DNA of 33,437 nucleotides from an uncultured Deinococcales bacterium (GTDB lineage Bacteria; Deinococcota; Deinococci; Deinococcales; JAAFIG01): NCBI GenBank assembly GCA_964247135.1, contig CAXTTL010000023.1, positions 1 to 33,437 of the forward strand, read 5' to 3'. Shown piece by piece: positions 16,733 to 24,945 of this stretch (position 1 is its first letter; each line of letters starts with the position of its first letter). The notes under the pieces were generated by a model. It saw only the letters and a program-made list of their open reading frames with translations, ran no database searches and was not told where the DNA came from. The position numbers and the translations under genes were made by a program.

Positions 16733-19315
16733 GTGCGAAATCTCGAGTTCAAACCAAAACCTCAAGTCAGCGAAACGCCCTCTGCCATGCTGACACCAAG
16801 CCAGCCAGCACCGATTCCCAATCTATCGAAAGCTTCTGTGCTCGAGTCTGAGAACCCGCAACAAGCCGAAGCTTCAAACCAGGGTTTGAATTTGTTTGGA
16901 CACGATTTTGCTCAAATGAACGTGTTTGCCGCCGATTCGAGCGGTGCTCCCGCTGAAACGACGGGCGTGCTTCAACGCCAGATTGATCTGCACCCAAAGC
17001 CAGCAAGACCAACTCCCAAACTGCCATCGGAGCAAATCTTGCTGGCTCGAGCCTACACCGCCCAGACGGCGCAACCCAATCTCAACCTCGGTGATGAAAT
17101 TCGGGCGGCGAGCACAGGCGGCAGCGCAATGGAGCCTTCCACCAGGGCGCAACTCGAGCCTGGACTCGGCGCGGACCTCTCGGGCGTGCGGCTTCACACA
17201 GATTCGCGCTCCGATCAACTCTCGCGTTCGGTCAATGCCGTGGCGTTCACCACGGGGCAAGACATTTTCTTCAGGCAAGGTGCTTATAATCCAGCCTCGG
17301 ATGAGGGCATCAAGTTGCTGGCACACGAGGCAACGCACACGATTCAACAATCCCGAGGTTCGGTTTCGGGCACGCCGCTGACCGACGGTGTGAGCGTCAG
17401 CGATCCGTCAGACCGTTTTGAGCAAGAGGCGGAAACCAGCGCCGCCAAAGTGGTGGCTGGTGGCGCAACCCAAGGCATCTCGAGCACCGCCCAAGGGGTC
17501 GTGCAACGCAAAGCCGAGAACGGCGGCACATCCGAACTGGTGATTCAACGCTATCAGGCGGGCGACAGCGGACACGGCGGCATCGAAATCGCTGCCCTCA
17601 AAGGCGCGGGTTTTAGCGACAACGAAGCCACCAAAGCCTACTTGGGCAATTGGATGCGCGATATTTCGCAACTTACCAGTTCGCCCTGGAAAGCCCAGTT
17701 GGTTCAACTTTTGACGCTGGGCGAATTCGGTTACGAGGTCACGCTCGATCAACTCGGAACCTACGTGGCTTCGGAGCACCTTGACAATCCCGCCGGCGGC
17801 GGCACCATCGAAGACCCAGAGGTGTTAAAGCTCGAGCATGACCCAGACCCCGCCAAACAAAAACTCTTTCAGGACGCCTACAACAAACTCAGCACCGATC
17901 AACGCGCAGAGTATGAGCGGCGCAAAACCCAAGCCGCAGCGATCACCAAAAACGCCAAGTCCAGCGGCTTGCCCGAATACATCGAGCGCGGCAAGCTGCA
18001 TTCCAAAGACAAGTTGGTCGAAGCCTTCTTAAAAAAACGCACGCCCGAAGGTTTGCAAATGATGGGCAATGCCCTGCACGGCGTCGAAGATTACTTCTCA
18101 CACTCCAACTTTGTCGAAGCCGCCATCTTTGAGTTGTACTCGAGCGGCGCTCCCGTCGGTCACTTGGTCAAACTGATGTCCGAAACCACGCTGGGCGCCG
18201 ATGCACCGTTCGCGGGTGGCAAAATGACCGCCGCCGACGGACCCGCCGGCTTGGTCGGCAAACCCAAAATTGTCACCGGCACGTATGCCCCTGGCGGCAA
18301 CGATACCGTCAGTATGCTCGAGACGCTCAAAACCCAAGTTCACGAAGGTCAGCTCGTCGCCGCCGCGATCAAGGGCGCAGCCATGAAACTGGGACTCACC
18401 ATCGAGGACATCGGCAGGGCGGTCGGCGCAAAAATAGGTGCGCCCATCGGTGGCGTCCTCGGGGCAGCCGCAGGCGGTGTGACTGGGGCTTCTCGAGGCG
18501 CCAGACGCGGCGGACGGGTCGGTGGCGGCATTGGCAGATTTGTCGGCGGCGATGTCGGCGAATGGCTCGGTGAAGAAATCGGCGAGGGTGTCGGCGGCGT
18601 GGTCGGCGGCGTTGGCGGCGCGGTGGATGGTTGGGACAGCGGTAAAGCCGCCGGCGCTCGAACTGGCGCAGAATTGCTGCAACAAGTCGGGCATCTGGTC
18701 GGCATTGGCATTCAAGGCGAAGCCATCATGGGCATCTCGTTTACCGCAGGCGGTATCGCCCTGTTCAAAATCTTGTTCCCTGGAGTCTCTGCCATTATCG
18801 CGGGTTCATTCGATGCCGCCATCGAGCATTTTATTGACGAAGCCACCAAAAAATCAGCCAGCGAAGCCAAAACCAAAGGCTTGGCTGGTCCAACCCATTC
18901 AGAACTCGCCAAAGACGCGCCAGACCATAAACTCTTCGGCGTCTCGGCGGCATTGGCTCAAATCGCATCTCGAGACATCGGTGCGGCGATGGCGGCGGCT
19001 TGGGCGTCCGTCCCAGCCTCGAGCGGTACACCTGCCCCCAGCCCGACCCCAGGGACACCCGCACCGAGCACACCCGCACCAAGCACACCAACGCCAAGTG
19101 CACCCGCGCCAACGCCATCCGTCAGCCCTGGCGCCGCCGCTCAAACTCCCCCAAATCAAACGCCACCCAGCGGCGTGGCGGGAACCGCTTATCACGGCTT
19201 GAATCCACCTCCAGAGGTCAAGGCGGTCATGGATTTGGTCGATAAATTTGTCAGCCATCCCGCCAGCAACAATTGGTGGCAAGCAACAGTGCTTGCCGCC
19301 GCCGCCAAAAAATAA
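16733..19315 (+). CDS. DUF4157 protein 5 with HET-C (Zn phospholipase C/nuclease-like) domain and Gly-rich insert
   Basis: HEATH core. GHGGIE, YLGNWMRDISQ, EHLDNP, ALHGVEDYFSHSNFVE, IVTGTY and PTHSELAKD match HET-C motifs. Confidence 0.85.
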   Translation: MRNLEFKPKPQVSETPSAMLTPSQPAPIPNLSKASVLESENPQQAEASNQGLNLFGHDFAQMNVFAADSSGAPAETTGVLQRQIDLHPKPARPTPKLPSEQILLARAYTAQTAQPNLNLGDEIRAASTGGSAMEPSTRAQLEPGLGADLSGVRLHTDSRSDQLSRSVNAVAFTTGQDIFFRQGAYNPASDEGIKLLAHEATHTIQQSRGSVSGTPLTDGVSVSDPSDRFEQEAETSAAKVVAGGATQGISSTAQGVVQRKAENGGTSELVIQRYQAGDSGHGGIEIAALKGAGFSDNEATKAYLGNWMRDISQLTSSPWKAQLVQLLTLGEFGYEVTLDQLGTYVASEHLDNPAGGGTIEDPEVLKLEHDPDPAKQKLFQDAYNKLSTDQRAEYERRKTQAAAITKNAKSSGLPEYIERGKLHSKDKLVEAFLKKRTPEGLQMMGNALHGVEDYFSHSNFVEAAIFELYSSGAPVGHLVKLMSETTLGADAPFAGGKMTAADGPAGLVGKPKIVTGTYAPGGNDTVSMLETLKTQVHEGQLVAAAIKGAAMKLGLTIEDIGRAVGAKIGAPIGGVLGAAAGGVTGASRGARRGGRVGGGIGRFVGGDVGEWLGEEIGEGVGGVVGGVGGAVDGWDSGKAAGARTGAELLQQVGHLVGIGIQGEAIMGISFTAGGIALFKILFPGVSAIIAGSFDAAIEHFIDEATKKSASEAKTKGLAGPTHSELAKDAPDHKLFGVSAALAQIASRDIGAAMAAAWASVPASSGTPAPSPTPGTPAPSTPAPSTPTPSAPAPTPSVSPGAAAQTPPNQTPPSGVAGTAYHGLNPPPEVKAVMDLVDKFVSHPASNNWWQATVLAAAAKK

Positions 19316-19327
19316 TGCTCGAGAGGA

Positions 19328-20161
19328 ATGACCGTGCTTGACACCATTCACAACACCATCAAAGAACTTCTTTACGCCAAGGGGCAGATTGACCCGAGTG
19401 AGGTCGAAATCGAATTCAACCCGCCCACCAAAGATTGGGTCAATTCTCGAGTCTCGCCGACGCTCAATTTTTTCTTGTACGACCTCGAGGAAAACACCGA
19501 GTTGCGTCAAGCCGATTACGACCTGATCTCTGGGAAGAATGCCAAAGGCATGGCGTCTTCAACCCGTCGTGTGCCAGCCAGACGTTTTGATTTGCATTAC
19601 ATGGTCAGTGCCATCAGTACAGTGATCGACGACGAGCATTTATTGCTCTGGCGGGCGATGGTGACGCTTCTCAAAAACCCTACGATTCCCGAACAATTCC
19701 TGCCCGAAACCATTCTGAAACTCGAGCTTCCGGTCAAAGGGCGCGTAAGCCAACCCGACGACGGTCCGCGCCCGATGGATTTGTGGTCTGCCCTCGAGAC
19801 GCCGCCGCGCCCGTCGTTGCTCTACGTTCTGACCGTGCCGGTTGACCTCGAGACCGGATTTGAATCGCCGCTTATCTTGACCCGTACCGCCCGTTACCGC
19901 TTGCTCGAGCAGGAATCCTCGGCTGCTGAGGAGGCGTTTCATATTGGCGGCGTGGTCAAAGACCGTTTGGGTTCACCCATTCCTGGCGCAAGCGTCAATT
20001 TGCTCGGACGCGACCCGCTCCTTTCCGACATCCTCGGGCGCTTTGTCATGACCCACGTTCCCGCAGGCGAAGCCAAACTCGAGGTCAAAATTGACGGCAA
20101 GAAAGCCAAAACGTTCAAACTCGAGATTCCGAGCGACAATTACGATGTCACGCTCGAGTGA
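19328..20161 (+). CDS. DUF4255/Pvc16 protein with C-terminal carboxypeptidase-regulatory-like domain
   Basis: IEFNPPTKDW..PTLNFFLYDLEEN, FDLHYMVSA..DEHLLL, LWSAL..PPRPSL; C-terminal IGGVVKD..G.PIPGASV..SD..GRF. Confidence 0.85.
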   Translation: MTVLDTIHNTIKELLYAKGQIDPSEVEIEFNPPTKDWVNSRVSPTLNFFLYDLEENTELRQADYDLISGKNAKGMASSTRRVPARRFDLHYMVSAISTVIDDEHLLLWRAMVTLLKNPTIPEQFLPETILKLELPVKGRVSQPDDGPRPMDLWSALETPPRPSLLYVLTVPVDLETGFESPLILTRTARYRLLEQESSAAEEAFHIGGVVKDRLGSPIPGASVNLLGRDPLLSDILGRFVMTHVPAGEAKLEVKIDGKKAKTFKLEIPSDNYDVTLE

Positions 20162-20589
20162 GTAAAATCAACAAGATTTGATTTGAGGTTTATGACCTTG
20201 GGTTTCTTTCCAGTCGCGTCGATTTCAAAACCTTGCTGCGTTAATCGCTGTGCCTGAACGGCAACGCCGCCAGGATAAATCGCCATCAGTTCACCATTCT
20301 TTTTAACCACCCGCCAAAACGCCAGATTGCTGCTCGAGTCTTTGGCAATGGCTTGCAAGGCTTTTCTGGTGGCGACGGGACAGGTCACTTCAACCTTAAA
20401 CTGTGCCGCCAACGTGCGCTGAATCCATTCGGTGGTTGCCAGTTGATGCGTCGGTATTGTCCGTAGCAATGCCTCCACGGTTTGTCGGCTTGGCAAAAGC
20501 ATCTTCCCCGAGCATCCAAAGAATTTTTCCCTGGCTTTGGAAATATCTGCAATGATGTCCTCTTGAAGTTCCACAATCACCCCGTTCAA
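20140..20589 (-). CDS. MGMT/ATL-like alkylated-DNA-binding protein
   Basis: IP..L.T...I...LA..TCP..T; FWRVVKKNGEL..YPGG...Q...L..GF. No PCHR catalytic motif. Confidence 0.65.
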   Translation of the reverse strand: MNGVIVELQEDIIADISKAREKFFGCSGKMLLPSRQTVEALLRTIPTHQLATTEWIQRTLAAQFKVEVTCPVATRKALQAIAKDSSSNLAFWRVVKKNGELMAIYPGGVAVQAQRLTQQGFEIDATGKKPKVINLKSNLVDFTHSSVTS

Positions 20590-21617
20590 ACTCGAGTTTT
20601 AATGTTGCTTGAGTCTACCTTATCTGTCTGTTTGCTGATCTCGAGAACGCCACCTGGCAAAAAGTTTGAGGTCAAATACTGATACGCCAATTCTCGGTCT
20701 TCGCCGCCATTATTTGACAAAAACAGTTGCTGGCAGTACGCCGCAATGTCTTGCACAATCCGTTCATAACGGTAATAGGACAAGGCAACAGCATCAATTT
20801 GGGTCGAGCCATAACCCTGGTAAAAAAGTGTTTCTTCCTCGAGCGGCAAACGCCAGTTGTTCATCTGACCAGCACCGACAAACATCAGGTCGCGCTCTTT
20901 GGGGGCAAGAATCGGGTTGTCCCAATCGACGATAAAAAATCCGTGGGACGCAATCAGCAGGTTGCCCGCGTGAAGGTCAGAATGACAAATCACCAAAGCC
21001 AAATCTCGAGCCTGAAGATTCTGCGCGAGGCGTTCGGTGTACGTTACAAGCCCGAGAATTTCTTGGCGTTTGGAGTTTAAGAACGCCGCCAGTTTTGCCG
21101 CGACAGCTTCGGTAAAATCATCCGTTTCAACCCGCTCGAGAAAGTGTTTTACGACCTCGCGCCATTGGTCAGAATACGATTCTCGAGGAATGGTATTGAT
21201 GATCTTGGGCGGAATTTTTGCCGTGTGAATTCGTTTGAGTGCCGCCCCAAAATCCTGCCATTGCTGATCTGAAAGCGCGGCTTGATAGCCGTCTTTGCCA
21301 GTCACAAATGGGTACAACATCAATTTGAAATGCTCGAGCTTCGTCCAAAGTTGTCCTGATGTGGTTGGTATTGGCGCGATGATTTGCGTGATGCCTTGGT
21401 CACTTAAAAACTTGGGCAACGCGACCGCGTTTTCATCAAACGCGCCACTGCGCAATTTTAAAAAATACGGCGTTCCGTCCTCAGCAACAACGCGGTACAC
21501 CGCCGAATGCTGGTCGTTACCGAGCGGTAAAAATTCGACTCGAGCGACCTGCAAACCGTACTCGATTTGCAAACGGATTCGGATTTTTTCGTCTTGAATT
21601 TGAGGTTTCTCGAGCAT
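20586..21617 (-). CDS. Aminoglycoside phosphotransferase, APH(9)/spectinomycin kinase-like
   Basis: FLPLGND, YFLKLR, CHSDLHAGNLL, IVDWD.PILAPKERDLMF, YYRYERIV.DI. Confidence 0.8.
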   Translation of the reverse strand: MLEKPQIQDEKIRIRLQIEYGLQVARVEFLPLGNDQHSAVYRVVAEDGTPYFLKLRSGAFDENAVALPKFLSDQGITQIIAPIPTTSGQLWTKLEHFKLMLYPFVTGKDGYQAALSDQQWQDFGAALKRIHTAKIPPKIINTIPRESYSDQWREVVKHFLERVETDDFTEAVAAKLAAFLNSKRQEILGLVTYTERLAQNLQARDLALVICHSDLHAGNLLIASHGFFIVDWDNPILAPKERDLMFVGAGQMNNWRLPLEEETLFYQGYGSTQIDAVALSYYRYERIVQDIAAYCQQLFLSNNGGEDRELAYQYLTSNFLPGGVLEISKQTDKVDSSNIKTRV

Positions 21618-21870
21618 CAGACCCCAGCATCATACGCATTTTCAAGTCTCAGCTCGAGGCTGATCTAAAACGGCAAGCTGTTTAACGCAGGCTGGCGCTT
21701 CAAGTGCTGTCTCGGGCTTTGGATCGCGCAGGTCTGGTTTCGAGTGGCGTTTTTTCGATACAATCTAAAAATCTTTTGTATTCCAACAACCCAGGTAAAA
21801 CCTTCTGGCGATGACGATGTAAACCCAGGCAAATACAATCTTGAGGGCATTCTGAAAGGAGTTGGGTTCC

Positions 21871-22992
21871 ATGAACGCAGACGACATTGTGGTGATTGGC
21901 GCAGGACCAGCCGGACTTGCCGTGTCGGCTTGCCTGCGCCGTCAGGGACTCGAGCATGTGGTGTTGGAACGCGAGCAAACCATTGCCTCGAGTTGGCGCA
22001 AACACTATGACCGTTTGCACCTGCACACCACCAAGCACCTGTCGGCACTGCCGTTCACACCTTGGCGGCGCGAAATTCCTGGTTATCCATCGCGCAATCA
22101 GGTGATCGAGTATCTTGGGCAGTATGCGCTCGAACATCAGATCAAACCGCGTTTGGGTGTGACGGTCAACCGTGTGCAGCGCAACGCTCAAGGCTTTGTG
22201 CTCGAGACCAGTGCGGGCGTGTTATCGCCGCGTTTTGTGGTGGTGGCAACGGGCAACAATGCCGTGCCGGTTCAACCCAATTTTCCTGGACTCGAGGGCT
22301 TTGCGGGCAGCGTTGTTCATGCCAAAGATTACAAAAATCCAGACGCGTATGCGGGCAAAAAAACGCTGGTTGTGGGTTGCGGCAATTCGGGCGCAGAAAT
22401 TGCCCTTGACCTTGCCGAACACGGCGTGGACGTGGCAATGGTCGTGCGAGGACCCGTTCATGTCGTGCCGCGCGACCTGTTTGGACTGCCCACCCAAGCC
22501 ACTGGAGTCCTGCTGTCGGTTTTGCCAATTCCGGCTCGAGATGCCATCGTTGGCGCGGTGATGAAGGTGATGGTCGGTGATCTCTCACGCTGGGGGATTG
22601 TCCGCCCAAAGACCGGCATCAACCAATCGATTGTGGATTCTGGTCGCATTCCAATGCTCGACCTTGGAACGGTCGCCAAAATCAAAGCCGGCAAGATTCG
22701 TGTGCTGCCAGGGGTCACGGAGGTCCTCAAAGACCATCTGCGGTTTGCCGATGGGAGCCTTCAACCCTTCGAGGCAATCATTCTCGCCACCGGTTACACG
22801 CCCGGACTCGAGCGTATCATCGAAGGTTTTGAAACCATTGCCGATTCGCAAGGTAAACCACAGAAAAAGGGGGCTGAAACCAACATGTCGGGTTTGTACT
22901 TTGTTGGCTTTCAGAATTCACCCACCGGGGCGCTGCGCGAGATTGCATTTGAGGCACAACGGGTTGCCGCTCAGATTCGGCAGGGCAGTTGA
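21871..22992 (+). CDS. Flavin-containing monooxygenase (YUCCA/CzcO-like)
   Basis: GAGPAG, W..YDRL.LH, ATG, F.G.V.HAKDYKN, GCGNSG, ATGY; AAGGAG before ATG 21871. Confidence 0.9.
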   Translation: MNADDIVVIGAGPAGLAVSACLRRQGLEHVVLEREQTIASSWRKHYDRLHLHTTKHLSALPFTPWRREIPGYPSRNQVIEYLGQYALEHQIKPRLGVTVNRVQRNAQGFVLETSAGVLSPRFVVVATGNNAVPVQPNFPGLEGFAGSVVHAKDYKNPDAYAGKKTLVVGCGNSGAEIALDLAEHGVDVAMVVRGPVHVVPRDLFGLPTQATGVLLSVLPIPARDAIVGAVMKVMVGDLSRWGIVRPKTGINQSIVDSGRIPMLDLGTVAKIKAGKIRVLPGVTEVLKDHLRFADGSLQPFEAIILATGYTPGLERIIEGFETIADSQGKPQKKGAETNMSGLYFVGFQNSPTGALREIAFEAQRVAAQIRQGS

Positions 22993-23117
22993 TGGCAGCT
23001 CAAGCTGCGAAATGATGGACAGGTGTTTGCACTGACAAGGCGAAGCTCGCTTGACACGCAGACCTTGATTTTTTCGTCTTGAATAGGGGGTTTCTCGAGC
23101 CTGGTGGTTGGGTAGAA

Positions 23118-23411
23118 TCATACGCAAATTGGGATTGACGTTTGAGATTTCATTTCATGACTCCGCACGCCAAGCCAAACGTGTTCCTCAATCTCGAGCT
23201 TTTCTTTGCTGGTGTGCACTGGGAACAATTCTCGTTTGGGATTGCTTTTATGGGTTTCGGAATACGCTTTCCAAGCACTCGCACCATCGGGGAAAACATC
23301 GAGTACCGTCATGGACTCGAGAATCCGCTGCCCGTGTTGACTGCTGGCTTTTGTGGCTTCGATCAACAGCCATTCGTTTGGGTAATGTTCGCGTATTTGC
23401 TGCCAGGTCAT
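23118..23411 (-). CDS. Small conserved hypothetical protein (MTW..IR..YP..W type), possibly TA-associated
   Basis: TATACT-6 nt-ATG 23411; MTWQQIREHYPNEWLLIEA..RELFPVHTS. Confidence 0.55.
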   Translation of the reverse strand: MTWQQIREHYPNEWLLIEATKASSQHGQRILESMTVLDVFPDGASAWKAYSETHKSNPKRELFPVHTSKEKLEIEEHVWLGVRSHEMKSQTSIPICV

Positions 23412-23501
23412 GACAAAAGTATAGAACCAAAACCAGATTTTAAGGCTTTGCGCCAATCGCAACCACTCGAGAATAGAGGTTGAGTTTCAAGGGTTTTTGC
23501 C

Positions 23502-23789
23502 TTAATGTGCAAGACGTTTGAACAAATCATCACGACGGGTTTTGACTTTGGCGTAAGCCAGCACAAGCTCGAGGTTCGCCACGTAAAAACCCAAACCAGC
23601 TTCGCTCAGTTCGCGGTCTTCGTCGGCAAATTCGGCGTACAATGCCTCGAGTGTCGCGTCGTTCATTGGTGAATCCTGCTTTTGGCGTTCCCGAAATTTG
23701 AGGAACTCCAAGAAATCCGCCACCTGCCGCATTTGGGTTTCGGATAAATCCGCAAGGGTTGTGACCACTCGTTCTCTGGTGGACATCAT
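23502..23789 (-). CDS. DUF2281-like putative antitoxin
   Basis: L..LSE.Q..QVADFLEFLK; TAACAT just upstream of the ATG. Confidence 0.55.
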   Translation of the reverse strand: MMSTRERVVTTLADLSETQMRQVADFLEFLKFRERQKQDSPMNDATLEALYAEFADEDRELSEAGLGFYVANLELVLAYAKVKTRRDDLFKRLAH

Positions 23790-23881
23790 GGCTTATGTTA
23801 CAGCGAATTGTTAGAAATTGCATTTCAAAATCTCAAAGCAAAGCGGCTTGCAATTCTTTCTGACAGCGCTACAATGCGATC

Positions 23882-24049
23882 ATGTCAACACCGAGCCAAC
23901 CCACGAACGACAAGAAACAAAGCGTTGCCGAATTTCTTCTGGAATTCGCTGCAAGTGTTGAAAAAGATGTGCCCGCAGAAGAACTCGAGAAATTACCGAC
24001 GGACGGGGCATTGAATCACGATCATTATTTGTACGGGTCGCCAAAATGA
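23882..24049 (+). CDS. 55-aa putative antitoxin (LPTDG..NHDHYLYG type), not in the ORF track
   Basis: MSTPSQPTNDKKQSVAEFLLEFAASVEKDVPAEELEKLPTDGALNHDHYLYGSPK; preceded by TTGCAA-16 bp-TACAAT-6 nt-ATG. Confidence 0.65.
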   Translation: MSTPSQPTNDKKQSVAEFLLEFAASVEKDVPAEELEKLPTDGALNHDHYLYGSPK

Positions 24050-24064
24050 AGACTCGACCAAAAA

Positions 24065-24823
24065 TCAATATCCTCCAAGTGTCTTTCGGGGTGTTTGAAA
24101 ACTTTTCCGAAACTTAATTATGCTATCTCCTTCATGTTCAACTTCATAGGAAAATCTTGTTGCAATTTCTTTGATGTATTTCTTTGTCAAACCAGATTCA
24201 AGTTTTAATTCTTTATCGACTTCGGAAAAATTGATAGCTTTCATATTTTGAGCAAATGATCGTGATTCCATCCAAGAGGAAAGTAGCGCTTTTATATCTC
24301 CTTCAGAATACTGAGTGACTTCTGAGATTGGGATCACCACAGCTTCTGGGACTTGCGGTGCTACCAAACCTATCTTTTTAATTGCATCTTTGATTTGAGT
24401 ACAAACTGGTCCAAGTGCGGCTTGAAGTTTTCCATCCTGGCGATTGGCAAAGGTAGCAGCCGTGACTCCTGCAAGGTCTGATGGGAGATCAAGCGCAATA
24501 TCTCGGTTGTACACAATGAATGTTCGGTCACGACCAAGCGCCCCCATGAAAAGTCCGAGTTCAAAAATAACGTTATCTCGAGGACTACTTACATTCTCGC
24601 CACGTTTTGAGCCAAGATCGTCGGGCGTGAGCACCAATGCGGCAAAATCAAAATTATTTTCTCTAGCAGCTTTAACAATTGATTCCAGACTTCCCTGGGA
24701 TAGACCAAACACACCCTGATGCCAAACTGTGACTTCAACATCATATTGAAGCTCAACATGCAGCATCTCAGCAATGTCTTTACCTTCAACGGATGATCCA
24801 ATGAACAATCGTGGTTGTTTCAT
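24065..24823 (-). CDS. CAP12/Pycsar-type TIR-domain protein with unknown C-terminal domain
   Basis: PRLFIGSS.EG..IA, W..GVF, FDFAALVLTPDD, PRDNVIFELGLFMGALGR.R.F, LPSDLAGV. Confidence 0.85.
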   Translation of the reverse strand: MKQPRLFIGSSVEGKDIAEMLHVELQYDVEVTVWHQGVFGLSQGSLESIVKAARENNFDFAALVLTPDDLGSKRGENVSSPRDNVIFELGLFMGALGRDRTFIVYNRDIALDLPSDLAGVTAATFANRQDGKLQAALGPVCTQIKDAIKKIGLVAPQVPEAVVIPISEVTQYSEGDIKALLSSWMESRSFAQNMKAINFSEVDKELKLESGLTKKYIKEIATRFSYEVEHEGDSIIKFRKSFQTPRKTLGGY

Positions 24824-24891
24824 GTCTGTTACGATTCTACCTGAAAATCTCGAATTGATTTGAAGCAAACGAAATCACATTTAAAACCATC

Positions 24892-24930
24892 AAAAAAGCT
24901 CGAGCCTCAACTTCCAAGGCTCGAGCTTTT
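24892..24930 (-). terminator. Intrinsic terminator of the alpha operon
   Basis: AAAAGCTCGAGCCT..AGGCTCGAGCTTTT stem with U run on the minus strand, just after the rplQ stop. Confidence 0.85.
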
Positions 24931-24945
24931 AAAATTCGTTGTTGT

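Noticed and set aside
5245-20161. Prophage or recently acquired mobile island
   Set aside because: No integrase, capsid, terminase, transposase or att repeats seen; CTCGAG density resembles the rest of the window.
23808-24014. 68-aa ORF from the track
   Set aside because: The overlapping frame 23882-24049 has a clear promoter and a recognisable motif.
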